A DNA stretch of 64,000 nucleotides from Octopus sinensis (Eukaryota): positions 48,608,001 through 48,672,000 of the forward strand of contig NC_042999.1 in the NCBI RefSeq assembly GCF_006345805.1. Reading direction: 5' to 3'. The position numbers and the translations under genes were made by a program. The notes beneath the pieces are model-generated. The model had not been told where the DNA came from. It ran no database searches and worked only from the letters and a program-made list of their open reading frames with translations. Shown in pieces: positions 36,907 to 51,385 of this stretch. Numbering within the stretch: position 1 is the stretch's first letter; each line of letters opens with the position of its first letter.

Positions 36907-37297
36907 TATGTGAGTGTATGTAAGTATGTATATATATATATGTGTATACATATATATGTGTCTGTGCATATATGTAAATATATGTGTGTGTGAATGTATT
37001 TGTATATATATGCATATATATATATTTATATATATACATGACTAAAACATTAAAAAATGATAGAAATATATATGGCATAGATATATACTTAAGTAATATC
37101 CTAATCCGTTCTTCATTCTCCACAGGAATTTCTGGAATTGTATGTGTGTTCAAATGAAAATATTCCGTAGTTTTATATTAGTATAATCGTATGTACATAC
37201 ATATGAATATAATACACATACATATATGCAGAATGCGGGCGTACATATATAATATATATATATATATATAATTATACATATGTACCTGTAAATATAT

Positions 37298-37344
<47 letters not shown>

Positions 37345-38341
37345 TATATGCAAATATATATGTGTATATATAAGTGCGTGTGTATACACACACATAGGCA
37401 CACACACACGCACACCCACACACACATTTCAATTTGTCATACAATCAATGATAGATCTGCATGTGAAAAATTTACTTATGAACGTTATGTGCTTATGCAT
37501 ATTTTATTTGATAATATCTGTGATTTTATGTAAAGATTATTAATCAGTGTAGACCATTCCAAATAATACCTGCGATGACCTCTCTTTACGAGGTCTAACT
37601 CAGGTTCCGCGAAATAGTGTTTCTCGAATACAAAAACAAAAGTGAAAGAAAATGAGATATTTCTACAGATTGTGACTTGAAGTGTTATTGCATTTGGTAT
37701 ATTTGCCATGCTGAGTCACATGTGTCAGAATCATAATTCCATCTGAAATGAAATAGAAGTGTCTCTCCTTCATCTTCATCAACACTTTCTCTGTATGCCT
37801 ACACTGCTTAGCAAATATATTTCAAGTAAATTTCATTATCCTATTCAACGTTGCGTTTCCACACTTTTTGGAACTTCGTGTGGTGTGTGTAAAATAAGAA
37901 GTATTGAAGATGTAAAACAAGATTTATTTTACAGAACAAGAACATATAAATTTTGAAATATATCCAGATATGCATAATGTGATATACATTGAATAATTGA
38001 TAATTACCTCGTCAAAGAAAAGCAAAATGGTTATGTTAAAAAGTTTTAACAAAAAGCGGAGATCTGCTGAGGTAATGAAAACTGTATTATTTCAAGTCGA
38101 AATTGATATATTCTGTGAGCAAATTAGAATAAGTAAAATGAAATCAGAATAAACCTGAAAGAATTTAAAATAATATCAGCGTAACTTAAATCATATTTTC
38201 GAATATATAACACTATCACATGATATTTCTTTTATTATTATGTAACGGATAACAAAGTATAATTAGGAAACTCCTACATGAGTTAATGGAAATTATCATT
38301 TTTGGAAATGTACACTGGCTTTAAATGTTATTAATTCAACG

Positions 38342-38375
<34 letters not shown>

Positions 38376-38943
38376 GTTAACAAAACTATTCATAACCTTA
38401 ATTTTGTAATGTTTTTTTTTAAATTTTGTGATGAACTTGACAAAATGCATTCATTTCATCACAAAATGTATTACTTTATGAATAATTTTGGGGGCGACTG
38501 TATATATACAGCCCTAAACATTTATTTATTATTTCGGAATTGACGGTCTGTTATTGCACTTCGTTTCCACACTAAATGAATTTTCCTATTCTAGACGTAG
38601 TAATTGGCTCTCTCCTACGCCGACTCAAACATTTAATGAGCTCTCCTTTCCTGGCTATTCTTGGATGGGCGAGCAACTTCACACCAACTGCTTGGAAATT
38701 TGGCTCGAAGCTTGGTATTTTGCCCTTACGCTTCATGTTGTTAGGTAGTGCTTGCTTAGAATTTAAAAGGCACCCTCAGTATTACGTTTACCTAAGTATC
38801 TGGGACTCTACTTTCATATTGGTCAACCTGCTTCTACTAATACGACTGCTACTACAGCTACAGGTTCCAAATCTCCTACGATGTGTTATCCTGACGCAGT
38901 TACTTCAACTACTACTACTGCAGCTGCTACTGCTGCGGCTGCA

Positions 38944-39009
<66 letters not shown>

Positions 39010-39069
39010 AATGCTGCTGCTACTAGTGCTACTGCCGCTGCCGCTTCTACTAGTGCTACTGCTGCTGCT

Positions 39070-39481
39070 GCCACTGCAATGGAAACAGTACGAAATGTTT
39101 CAGTTCTTTCCACAAAGTTCCTTCATCGCCGTCAGCGTCTTCATTCTTTCGTCTTTGTCAGTTCTGGAGATCTCAAAGCATCTCTGCTTGCGTAACCTTA
39201 TGTATTCCTTTTCGGTGTACTCGAAACATTTCTCGAAGTAAGTCGATGGAGTTGAACCGACACTTGATGGTCCACGCGGGTGTTAAGCCATTTAGATGCA
39301 TGTGCTGAAATTCAGCTTTCTCTCCGTCGGACAACCTCGAGAAGCATGTGAACATACACAGAGATGAAAAGCGGTATCTGTGCTGCATCTACATAAAGCG
39401 TTCGCCGATACCAGCAACCTCACAAAACATCTGCGGACTCATGAGCGTGGCAGTGGCAGCGGGAGGTGCGACTGCAACTAA
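39070..39481 (+). pseudogene. C2H2 zinc-finger pseudogene (about 3 fingers)
   Basis: Reads PFRC...MELNRHLMVHAGVKPFRCMC*NSAFSPSDNLEKHVNIHRDEKRYLCCIY [frameshift ~39393] KAFADTSNLTKHLRTHE. In-frame TGA at 39306 and a Cys>Tyr change, each at the second zinc-ligand Cys. Confidence 0.8.
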
Positions 39482-40560
39482 TAAGTAGAGAAGTTGCAAG
39501 AGCGGTATGCACAGCAACGGTAACCGAGATCACGGGTTCCCTTGTTTATTCCCAGATCCTCCACGTGTGTAAATTTGTTGTCAAAACTACATTGTAAACA
39601 GTATGCAGTGTCATAGTTATATGAAATGTTTCCACTCTCCAAAAGTGAAACGCGTATATAATCACCCCTCTGCTCAAGGTTTTTTGTTTTTATTCTACGC
39701 GTATTGTTTTGAGAACGTGTATTGTTTTGAGTATATTCCCTTCTAGTTAAGCTTCCCATCAGTTCACGAGTTTAAAGTATTGAGCTGCCATGTTCAATAT
39801 CTGAATTTCGTAATTTATGCCATATAAACTTCCACCACAGCAGATATGTATATCTCTAATTGCATCGCCCTAATCAACTATCATCCTGCAATAGACATAT
39901 GCTTCATTTAGGTCGCTTATAGCCATTATGGATGGTAGCATCTTATGTTTGAACGACTGATCCAGCTATCTTTTTTAACAATTCATCTACTTATTCACCT
40001 TTCCTCGATACGTTGCTCCTTTCGGTATGCATGCGTGTATGTATGTATGTATGTATATATGTATGTATGTATGTATGCATGCATGCATGCATGTATGTAT
40101 GTATGTATGTATGTATGTATGTATGTATGTATGTATGCATGTATGCATGCATGCATGTATGTGCTGTCTTTTAATTTTTTTAGAAAATATTAACCGGCCA
40201 TCTACTTTGTAGCAAGGTTGTGAAGAAAAATATTTTGAATTATCATCCTTTAAATCTTAAAGACTGACAGATATTCAGAGCTTCAGGTATCGTAATCATT
40301 TATAACATATGAATTATGGATTTGCATTCTCTCCCAAGGTCCTATGTTCAGCCAATCGTTGCTCTAGTCTTGTTGGTAGGTATTCTATTTTCCCAATAAT
40401 GATAATTGAAATGCATCTTGGGTACCGGATTTGCAAACTCTTTATAAATAGTCCATGAATGTCCAATTTCTCTTGTATTTTTCAAACAATATTCTTCTTC
40501 AGAGGGCAGTTGATTTGCACAACAGAACATATCTTTCTTTGTGGTCCCACATATATATGT

Positions 40561-40597
<37 letters not shown>

Positions 40598-40599
40598 TG

Positions 40600-40800
40600 C
40601 GTCTGTGTTTCTCCCCCCAACATCGCTTGACAACCGATGCTGGTGTGTTTGCGTCCCCGTCACTTAGCGGTTCGGCAAGAGAGACCGATAGAATAAGTAC
40701 TATGTTAACAAAGAATAAGTCCTGGGATCGATTTGCTCAACTAAAGCAGTGCCCCAGCATGGCCGCAGTCAAATGACTGAAACAAATACAAGAATGAAAG
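40600..40800 (+). mobile_element. SINE family A, 3' part
   Basis: CAACATCGCTTGACAACCGATGCTGG...CCAGCATGGCCGCAGTCAAATGACTGAAAC. Confidence 0.75.
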
Positions 40801-42783
40801 AAGAAAATGCACCGCGCACGACATTCTCTCCTGTCAAGAGTTTTGCTTGATGGAAAGGAATATCCGATCTCACTGCATCAAATAAAAAAATATCACAATA
40901 ATATTTTCCGCATCTTTTAATGTTGCGTCAGTTACAGAATGAAGTTTAGCCTATGTTAGTACTGATTTGGATCGTCTCGCTCTTTGATAGTATATGTTTA
41001 GGAAATTTATATCAGATTAACATCTTTAACGATAACTGGGATGTGTTAATTCTATAGATACATTGTGTCTTAAAACCCCCTTCTGGGCAGTCATTAAGGG
41101 TGCGGGTTCTGACAGATGGTCTACTAGATAAGTTACGTTCCTCTTAGCAAAGGAAGTACATCAACATCAATGCATGATTTTGCACGCTTCCTCTTTCATT
41201 GACTTCAACATAAACAACTTATGAAAGTACCTTTAACATATCAAGAAACCACGATTCTCAATTACTATTCCCTATTTGTTAAAGTTCTCTTTCGCTGTAT
41301 CATTCCAACACTCTATCTCTCTTTCTCATTCATGCATACAGAATATAGATAGGTGTGTGCATGTGTGTAAGTGTTTGTGTGTGTGTGTCTGTGTGTGTTT
41401 ACGTTTCTGTGTCTGTTTTGTGAAACCAAATTAATTACACAGACAAAATACTTTCTTAAAAGCTTACTGGCGAGTAACACAAACCCCACAGGAATTAACT
41501 CAAATTATATAGCTAAAAATGATGAATTACATTCAGAATCATTGACTCCGATGATAAATTTAGATCACTCTTATAACATCGTCTGGTAATTTGCATTCAG
41601 TTACTAAACATATTAAATAAGTACTGCTATAATATTAGGAGTAAACCAAAAATCTGTTTTCTCCTTAATAAAATTAAAAAAACACATAGTAAATATACTG
41701 CTTCAAATTAGAAATGTAATTAAATGTTAGTTTAATTTATTCCAAGAAAATTGCAAAATCATTGAAGGTATATATTTATATACAATATTTAATGTAGATG
41801 TTTGTTATGGATGTTCACGGATTTACCATCCTTTTCGCACCTTTTATGCTCTTATCGCTATAAACGACGCATCAGAACTGTTGACCGAATACTACTGGAG
41901 ATAGTAATTCAGATTTGGTCAGTCAGGCTTGTAGAAAAATAATTAAGTAGAAATTTTACAAAGCGACATCCTCTTTGGCCGGCTCCAGTTGCATCATAAA
42001 GGGTCACTGTACGCACTGTTTCTCCTCGCAAGTTACAAAGCGTGTATTATCATGATTTTACTAAGAATTTCCCCTCGTGGGGGCACCGACTAAATATTTC
42101 GCTCTCGGAGTTTAAGAAGACCCTCACACCCGGTCAAGCGAATTTTTAGGATCCTTATTCTCTCTGCTACGCAAAAAGTACATCATCTTCTCCCCTTAAC
42201 GTATAGTCCAGATTCATCCAAGATATTCCATTTGATCCTGTATGGCGTACACTCCACTTTTAGATATCATACGTTGCCGGTGAAAGACGTGATGCTTATA
42301 GAAGCCCTCCGTTACTCAAATCTATTTCCGTATAAGTGTACTTAGGCTACTGGTGTTGCGGCTGATGTTGTTGCTGCGGTTATAGTTGCTGCTGTTACTG
42401 CCGGACGCGTTGTTCGTACTGCAGTTGTTAACTGTTGTTGCTATCGATGATTTTGCAGCCATTACTGTTGGGCGTGCTACTGGTGGTCCCGTTGCTACTC
42501 CTGTTAACTTTGCTGCTGTTAATGTTTCCGCGATACGAATTGTTGGTGCTGCTGTTGTTACTACTGCTACTACCGCTACCATAGCTGTTGTTAATGCCGA
42601 ACACCACCTCAGTCTTGTAGACCCCTGTGTTAGGGCTGCACCTTCCTATCACTGAGAACTTATTCTTAACCCTACATGAGCACCATACGAGTGGGCGGTA
42701 TTTAAGAACGTTCATTAAAATTCATTTAATACTCGCGTTGCCGGTGAATGAGACTTTTAATTTCGGCTATTAAATAATCGTCC

Positions 42784-42990
42784 TTACCTATAGGATTTCG
42801 TGAAATGCTTGTTCACTGATCTGAGGAAGACTCTTCTCACGTAAAACTTGACATTGAATGAAAGGTTTGGGGCAAACCGAATGACTTTACACTGGTGGAA
42901 AGAAGAGGCAATCGTTAAACACACTGGTTGCCAAACCTTGGCTCTAATAGTAGCTGCAGTGCCAACAGTATCTTTATTCGGGGACAGATT
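42784..42990 (-). mobile_element. Probable Penelope-like element fragment (linker between RT and endonuclease)
   Basis: QCKVIRFAPNLSFNVKFYVRRVFLRSVNKHFTKSY resembles the PLE motif RxRxIIWFNPPxSxNVxTxxGxxFLxxIxKHF. Confidence 0.5.
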
Positions 42991-45548
42991 CGAAATCCTC
43001 TGACACCCATCATCATGTTCCGAAATACAACATGTGGGTAACACAAGGTTGTGGTAATATACCACAGCCTTTCATTTTATTTGAGGTAGGGCTCTTATAA
43101 TTATATGTATGTTCGTATTCCAGGGTGGATACTGTAACCTACTTAGTGTTAGCAGTCTACTGTTTCCTTTTAAAGAGTTTCTATAGCTTTTAGAGCTAGT
43201 ACTAAAAGTAACGAGAGTTCTTTATGAATAAGTCTATGTGTGCAATGCAATCGAAATCAGAAATATCTAATTAATATTTATATTAGCATAGGACTACATC
43301 CTACCCACTAAATATCCAAGAATACATGGCTTTAAGTGTTAAACCCACTCATGGCAAATTGTATTTTAATTGCTGATAGGAGCATCGCTAAGTATTATTA
43401 GATATACCGGAATAGTTACAAGACATATTTTAGGGAGGTAAGAATTAGACAAACCTGCAGGTTACTGGTTTGCTAGAAGAGTCGGTTTGCCATATTCTCA
43501 TGCAGGTACTATTTTATACTTAGAGGTAAAATAATTTTTTTCAGAAATTCTCAATCTAAGACATTGCCATTATATGATCTGAAGTACGATATGTGATATT
43601 GTTGCAACGATCGGTCCATTTTAAACTGGTATTATTCATTTGCTTTACAAGTTTTATTAAGTGTATTGATAGCATCATCTTTCTGAAAATAGTGCGGTAG
43701 ATGGTTTCGATATGCAAGCACATTCTAAGAGGAATACAAACTATTCTATAAACCTTTCCTATGGACAGCTGTCATGGTCAAATTTTTCTAAAAATCTAAA
43801 AATTGTAATTTATCTCGAGATATACCGCATGCAACAATGAAAGTCTATCGGGGCAATACAGAAATGATGTATCTATCCTATACGATTTGCAAACGTATTT
43901 TAAAATATAAGGGGAGAAGAAATAGATTGCTCAATAAACACTTCCAGAAATTTTTCTGAAAATAAATTTCATGTAATAATAAATTACATTTTTTTTATAA
44001 AAATAAATTGCAATAATTCACTTTCATTTCCGTCAAATTTCCACTATGCGATAGTTGGTATTACTCGATTGGGATTCATTTAAAAAGAAATGGAATTGAA
44101 CATAAAAACAAATTAAGAAAATGAAAAGAAAATGTCATAATATTAGTAATCTTTTTGCTATTGGGATCCATATAGTTTAAATATAGAGTATAGTGTATGT
44201 ATGTATATATATATATATATGAACCAGAGTATTGCAGTAAATGAAAATATGTTCTACTCTCGCGCCTGTGAAAATGTCAGAGAAATGGTCATGCAAGGCA
44301 ATAATATATGTACACTTCTCATCGTTTCTTTCAAATATGTGTGAATATATATTTATAGGTTAACGTAAAGTACCTCTCAGATTGTTACGGAAATGACATA
44401 TCTTACGTCAGAATCACAATTGATACCACCACAACTGCTTAAAGGAAGCATTCATGTAAATGTCCGTTATATCAGAAAATATCCAGAGTACTGCCATAAT
44501 AACAAATCTCGTTCACCACCGAATCTACAGAACGGGCGATTGGAAATGAATGAAATTAGGTAAATAGAGTAATTCATCTGTAAATATATGTGACAATTAT
44601 TCGGTAGCCATGATAAAACTCCGAGTTTCGGATGTCGGGGCAGCAACACTTGTACTGTGTTTGTGCATTGCTGACTTTAGGAGTTATATCGAGCAACAGC
44701 TATCATATTTAAGACAGGCCCAGCTATCTCCCGGCTCCCGCCCACCATCCATGTTTCGGCGAGAAGGCTAGGTCACCATCTACCTTTCGACGAGAAGACT
44801 AGGTCACCATCCACTAATTTAACGATAAGGCTAGCCAATTTTTCTTCTTTGTGTTGCTATGGGTAAAGAGGTTGTATAATGTCTTACGAGATTGAAAGAA
44901 ATGTAGATAGGCAATATCGTTTCGATCGTGCTCTTTAAAAATGTTTGAAATTTAGCTTCAAAAAGAAGGTAAGTCAATGTGGGTAGATGTCCTTTGTGAA
45001 TTGTCCTAATCTAAGTAGGCTCCTGTAAGAAGATATGTACAAAGAAAAAGAGAGCACCTGCCATGATAATCCTGATGATTAGGGAGGATATAGTTGCATT
45101 GTTGCCACTTCCCTATTCTGAAGTTTTGTTGTTAGAGTCCTTTTGTTGCGTTGTATTTTATGTATCATTGACAAGGATTTACATAAATCACCATTTGTGT
45201 TCCTGTTGTTATTAACACTGCCGAGGTTAACGATGATGATCATGGCAATGTTTGTGGTGCCGAGGGTGATTGTGGTGATTTTAGTGTCGATCGTGGTGGT
45301 GTTGTTGCTGTTGTCTTAGGCGCTACTAATGATTACATCGTGATGATTATTAAAGAGACTTTCGAGAGCCTTCAGAACGTCGACGTAACGCCTGAGTTCA
45401 AATTTCACCGATATCAAATTTGATTTTCATCCCTGCAAGGTTGATGTAATAGCGTAGAATTTAAACACTGGGTTAGAGGATAGCAATAAGCCTGTAATTC
45501 AAACTCAATTTTGAGGTAAACCTCTGGACATGAACACACTCTCTTTCT

Positions 45549-45587
<39 letters not shown>

Positions 45588-45706
45588 GTATATATATATA
45601 TATATATATATGTATAGGGAAAGTTTACGAAAGAATCAACAGACGAAGACAGGTGGCGTACAAAACAAATAGATGTATTAGTATAACGCTCAGGAATAGA
45701 AGAAGT

Positions 45707-45742
45707 CTTTTACGTTTCGAGCCTACGCTCTTCCACAGAAAG
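45707..45742 (-). ncRNA. Minimal PLE-type hammerhead motif with an A6>U core variant
   Basis: Minus strand: CTTT CTGTGGA a GAGC gtag GCTC GAAA C GTA AAAG. All stems are perfect; ACGT palindrome; GUA triplet. Confidence 0.7.
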
Positions 45743-45852
45743 GGACACAGAGAAAAACAAAGAGAGAAAGAAGGAGAGAAAAAAGAAGAGAAAAAAAGAT
45801 ATTTACATATATATGTACACACATACTCACACCCACACACACACACACACAC

Positions 45853-45927
<75 letters not shown>

Positions 45928-46015
45928 TATTTGAAATAAGCGGTTTATGACTGCTATTTCTAAATTTTCGGTATTTGGCAAAGCAACCTGTTGCTTACCC
46001 TATTCATATATGCAT

Positions 46016-46092
<77 letters not shown>

Positions 46093-47819
46093 CAAGAGAA
46101 AGAGAGAGCGATAGATGTTTTTGCATGTATATACATATGTATGTAAGCATGTATGTAAGCATGTATGTATGTATGCATGCATGTATGTATGTATGTATGT
46201 ATGTATGTATGCATGTATGTATGCATGTATGTATGCTTGTATGTATGTATGTGTATATGTATGCGTATATGGTTGTACATGTCATGTTCTCTATAATGAA
46301 AAACATGCGACTTGAAAACATTCTGTAATTCCCTTATGTTATTCCCAAGTTGTAATGCTTGAGCTAGATACAATATGAATATACCTAATGCACTTCCCAA
46401 GATTTCCAATTTCAATCTATGTTACGGTATTGCAGCATACAGTGCACCTAGAGCACTCTTTGAAGTGTATGATTTTAAGAAATAGTTTGCATGATGCTAT
46501 GCATTATATTCTTATCCATATATATCGGTAATAACTTAGAAAAATCTTTTGTACTTTGGTTACTATATTGATATATGAGCATATGCGTGTGCGTCCGTGT
46601 GCATGCATGTACACCAGCGGAGGGATACATCCATGGATACATACATATGTACACGCACTTACAAATATGCTTATACATATATACATACCCACATGTATAC
46701 ATACATACTTTCACATTCATATTTGTGTGTGTGTGCGTGTCTGCGTGATTGTTTGTGTATGTGTGCATATGTGCGTGTGTGCATCCATGTGTGCGCGTGT
46801 GTGTCTGTGTGTGTGTTAGATTGGAATGATGGTCCTCTAGCATTTTTTGCGTGACAATTTTCAACGTACGTTCTCTGTATTAATACCGTGATATATGGTG
46901 ACAATTGGATGCACCGCACAAAAACTTGCAGAAAAATATCCTGTCCTTTGTCAATCTTATGGGGGTGTTGTAACCGCACATTTTCTCCAAATTACTCAGA
47001 AAATAATTGCAGCATTTTTCCTCATTCCCCTTAGTTTCCTGAGGTTATCCTATTTAACATCATGTTTCCAAATCATTGCAACGTTATTTGAAGGAAAAGT
47101 TATTTATTAATTATTGTTGTATTTAGGAATGGTAATTTTGCCAGTTTAGCCAATAAAAACACATGCACTATATATTTGGTGTTACTTTGCTTCAGTGTTA
47201 TTTATTTTTTACATTAATCTTAATCTTATTTTAGCCAGAGTTCTTTCGTCACACTCCTCTGATCGCATCAGTGGTCCTTTGCCTTCTTCTTTTTTCACAA
47301 TATCAATTGTGAAAATAAAATAATACCGAATGAATCTTTGGTTCTTTTATTGAAGAATTTTACACCCGAGGAAGTTATCTACAATAGACCAAACAGATAG
47401 GATACGTACTCCATAGGAGATAATATTACTTAGATTTAATATATGAAGTAAAACCATAGAAGCATTTGTTTCCCATCTTGAAATATGTCAAAACATTATT
47501 TTATTATTTCGACAACGTTAAGATAAATGCATAAACTGAGATTTTAACTTTCAAAATAAAATAAGTACCGCATATCTTATATATGGTCATGTAGAGACTC
47601 TGCTCTGAATAGTACTTAAGAATTTCTGGATTCTTATAACATTTTCTGCATAAATATCCGCTTTGAATAGGCCTCCCTTTGAAGTTAATCTCTGCTGAAC
47701 AACGTCACATGAACCAGAGTATTGTAGTATATGAAAATATGTTTTACCCTCGCGTTTATGAAAATGTCAGAGAATTGATCATGCATGGCAATAATATATA
47801 TACACCTCTCATCGTTTCT

Positions 47820-48100
47820 TTCATGGATGTCGCGACGAACAACTTTAGTTGACATAGGTTTGGCAATATACTTGTTTAGACTCGCTGTTACATTCGCTGC
47901 CGTAATTTGATGATGTTTAGACATATGTCTCATTAATCTGCGACAATCTGGTGTGAGTTTCGGTTTCTGCCCAGAGTAATGCAAACCATCGCTGCTTTTA
48001 ATTTGATTTTGGAATGCCAACACGATTTTACGACTTGTGCCTCTGAAAACATTAAAAACAATCAGCAGCTTTACTAATTGAAGTTCAATCAATCTACACT
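47820..48100 (-). mobile_element. Tc1/mariner transposase N-terminal fragment
   Basis: SGQKPKLTPDCRRLMRHMSKHHQITAANVTASLNKYIAKPMSTKVVRRDIH resembles the Tc1 GRxPKLT / second-HTH region. Confidence 0.7.
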
Positions 48101-49111
48101 TCAACAATTTATCCCTTTTGTGAATTAGACAGGACGTGGATGTTAACTTGTCAGTGAAAAAATGATAGACGTTTCATAATACACATCAAACTTATGAAAT
48201 ACATATATACAGAGACTCCAGCAGTTTTGAATTTGTCGAATTATCAAGAAGAAACAAAAGTTAGTATTTTCATTTTGTCCAATAACTGTATATGACAGAT
48301 GTAAGCAGGCAAATACATGTCTATGTGTGTAAGTGTACATAATGTGCATATGTTAATATATACACTGATGCACACATACAAACACACACACACACATACA
48401 CACATATATATGCGTATTTATTTCGCGTAACAATTTCTATCGGTGTCAGAAATCAAAACTCAGGTGTTTATTATGCCAAGTAATCTCCATCATCAAGTTG
48501 TCGTTAGACAACTTTAAAAAATAGAAATTTGTTCAGTTGAAGTCTCGACAATATAGTAAATATTCTGTAAACAATTCTTTTAATACTTTGTGCTTATCAA
48601 ATATCATTTCAACTACTCCACAAATGGAAGTTTTAACCATGTTATGCTTTGTTTGTGATTTCTAATACGTTTTCTGTGAGAGATTATACATAGCATTTAA
48701 AAGCATCTTGTCAAACTGACATACCAGTTTCAACAGGCAATTACCTGCAATTCTTGATAATCGAATCTTTCTATACAGACTTCTTTATTTGTCACCCTTG
48801 AATCGGATTTAAGTTGACTGGCGTTGGGTTTGTTTTTTCTTTATTCAACTATTCGACATGATAGACCGTTACGTTGTCGTAGAACAGGTTACTATAGAAA
48901 GAGTACACTTTTGTATTTTGTAGGATATGAAGGATTAATTGGCAAAGTCAAGCATGGCACTAAGTAAGGGAAGAAAACTAAATACACACAGGACAGAATT
49001 TACTAAGTCACCTTACGAAATTTGTAAACACTAAATCCCTATACAGAAAGTATTGGTGGATTAAGTTGTCAAATATATCAATGCATCTATACATGCATAC
49101 AAGCAAACAGA

Positions 49112-49174
<63 letters not shown>

Positions 49175-49529
49175 TGCAATGTGTGTGTCTGTGGCAGATA
49201 CCGATCGTGATAAACTGATGCTTGTTCTTGTTCCGCATCGCGAAATGAGATGTGGATTCCTGGAAAACTCAAGTAGCAAGGACAAAAAGAATCAAAACAA
49301 AAAATCAACATAAGTAAAATAATAAATATTTTTTGCTACATCTATGAAGTACTTTCCCTCGCTTGTTGGTTAAAAAGGATATTTGTAAACATACATATAC
49401 ACATAAACGCACTCACACGCGCACGCACATACACACACGCACGCACATGCGCACACGCAAACAAACACATATATACTCATTCTTTCTAACAAGTATCATA
49501 TATACTCTCTTTACTCTCTCTTTACTCTT

Positions 49530-49880
49530 TTGCTTGTTGCAGTCACTTGACTGTGGCCGTGCTGGAGAACCACCTTTAATCGAGTAAATCGACCCCAGGA
49601 CTTATACTTTGTAAGCGTAGTACTTATTCTATCGGTCTCTATTACCGAACTGCTAAGTTACCGGGACGCAAACACACCACCATCATTTGTCATACGATGC
49701 TGGAGGGACAAACACACACACACATATATTTCCGTTTCTGTCTAGCAAATACACTCACAAGGTTTTGGTCGGCCCGAGGCTATAGTAGAAGACACTTGCC
49801 CAACGTGCAATGGAGTGAGACTGAACCCGGAACCATGTTGTTGGTAAGCAAGCCACTTACCACACAGCCACTCCAACGCC
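49530..49880 (-). mobile_element. tRNA-headed SINE (family A)
   Basis: Homologous to 13010-13670 across both head and body. Confidence 0.8.
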
Positions 49881-51321
49881 TATGTGTGTGTTTGTATACA
49901 AACTCACATAAATGTATAACTTCAAAGGCAATTGTGTATAGAGAGAGATTCGTAGGAGAGCCATCACTACATAGGTGTGTTGGGAATGATTTCAGATCTA
50001 AGCGGGCCCGTTCTTCTCAGGATCGAGCATAGCCGCCTTTCTTCTAGAAGAGAAAAAGCAAGAAAAGTTGAATAGAATATTACAAGAAAGAAAAGAACCC
50101 GTATAGGGAAGGCACTTTACTAGTTGACCCCTGAAATGATAAGAGGAAAAGTTGACCAAAACGGGATAAAATCGCAGAGGGCTAAGAAATGGAAACATTG
50201 CGATTGGCAGATAAGTTTATCAATATATGTAGCATCAGAAAGGCTGCGAGATATCAGAATATTTAGCCCACCGGGCAAAATGCTCAAGCGCATTTTGTTC
50301 GTCTTAACTTTCTAAATTCAAATGCTGCCCAAGATGACTTTGCATTACATCAATTCGGGGTCAATAACTTAAGTATATTATATAAAATAAGTTAAATTTT
50401 GGGATCAATTTAATCGACTTAGCCCCTTTGCCATACCTGCTGGTCTTGTGCCAAAATTTTAAACCAACATATATGACACCAGAAAGAATCTGCCGCTTTG
50501 AGTATATCTGTGTTTGTACATAAATATTAAACAATATATACGTATAACTTATCACATATTTGTTATCCAAAATCTGAAAGCATTTTCAGTTGAACCTATG
50601 TCATAAGTAATAAATACTTAAACAGTTTTCCTTTCACCATGGCAAAGTGATACTAAAAAAGCAGTTTATTACTGCACATTTTAGAAATACGATACATATT
50701 TATGAGAAAGTACATAAATCTTTTCTGTATTCTTATAGCACACAATTCTAAATAATCACCAATGTGATAGATCCTTACGTTAAAATTTCATTGCTTTCAA
50801 TGACCATTATCATGCAAATAAGTTGCAACACGTCCTATTCAGCAACATTTCCGTAACGTGCAGAATTGATGATGAGCTGGCGATTGCAATGGATTTCCGT
50901 TTTGAAGAAACTCTAATGCGTTTCAACAACATGGCTGTTATAATCTCTAATTAATAGTCGTCTATGGGCATGGATTTGATGAAGGCCGTTTTGGAATAAA
51001 AAATCTAAACGAAGCGCATTACGAAAGTTCTCCTGAAACAAATGATATGAAGTAATTTGCTAGTTTCATTAGCATAAGTTCTTGTTATGGTAATTGCGAA
51101 ATTACAATTAACATATACTTTAAAATTTTGCTTTAGATTTATGAGCCTATCTATATCAATGTAGACAAAATATTATAGAAACCGAATATAAATATAAAAA
51201 CAAATACGTGAATAAATACAATTCCGTTCTATGCTACATACCCAAACACACAGGCACTCACACACTCATACATATAAAGTAAGAAAACGCGAGATAGACA
51301 GAGAGATAGATAGATAGATGT

Positions 51322-51385
<64 letters not shown>

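Noticed and set aside
38576-39241. 221-aa ORF as a real gene
   Set aside because: Its length is sustained by CTA/CTG repeats (poly-Leu). The only recognisable coding signal, the zinc fingers, is in a different frame.
42322-42715. Overlapping Ala/Thr/Val/Asn-rich ORFs
   Set aside because: Degenerate GTT/GCT trinucleotide repeat, open on both strands, with no motif.
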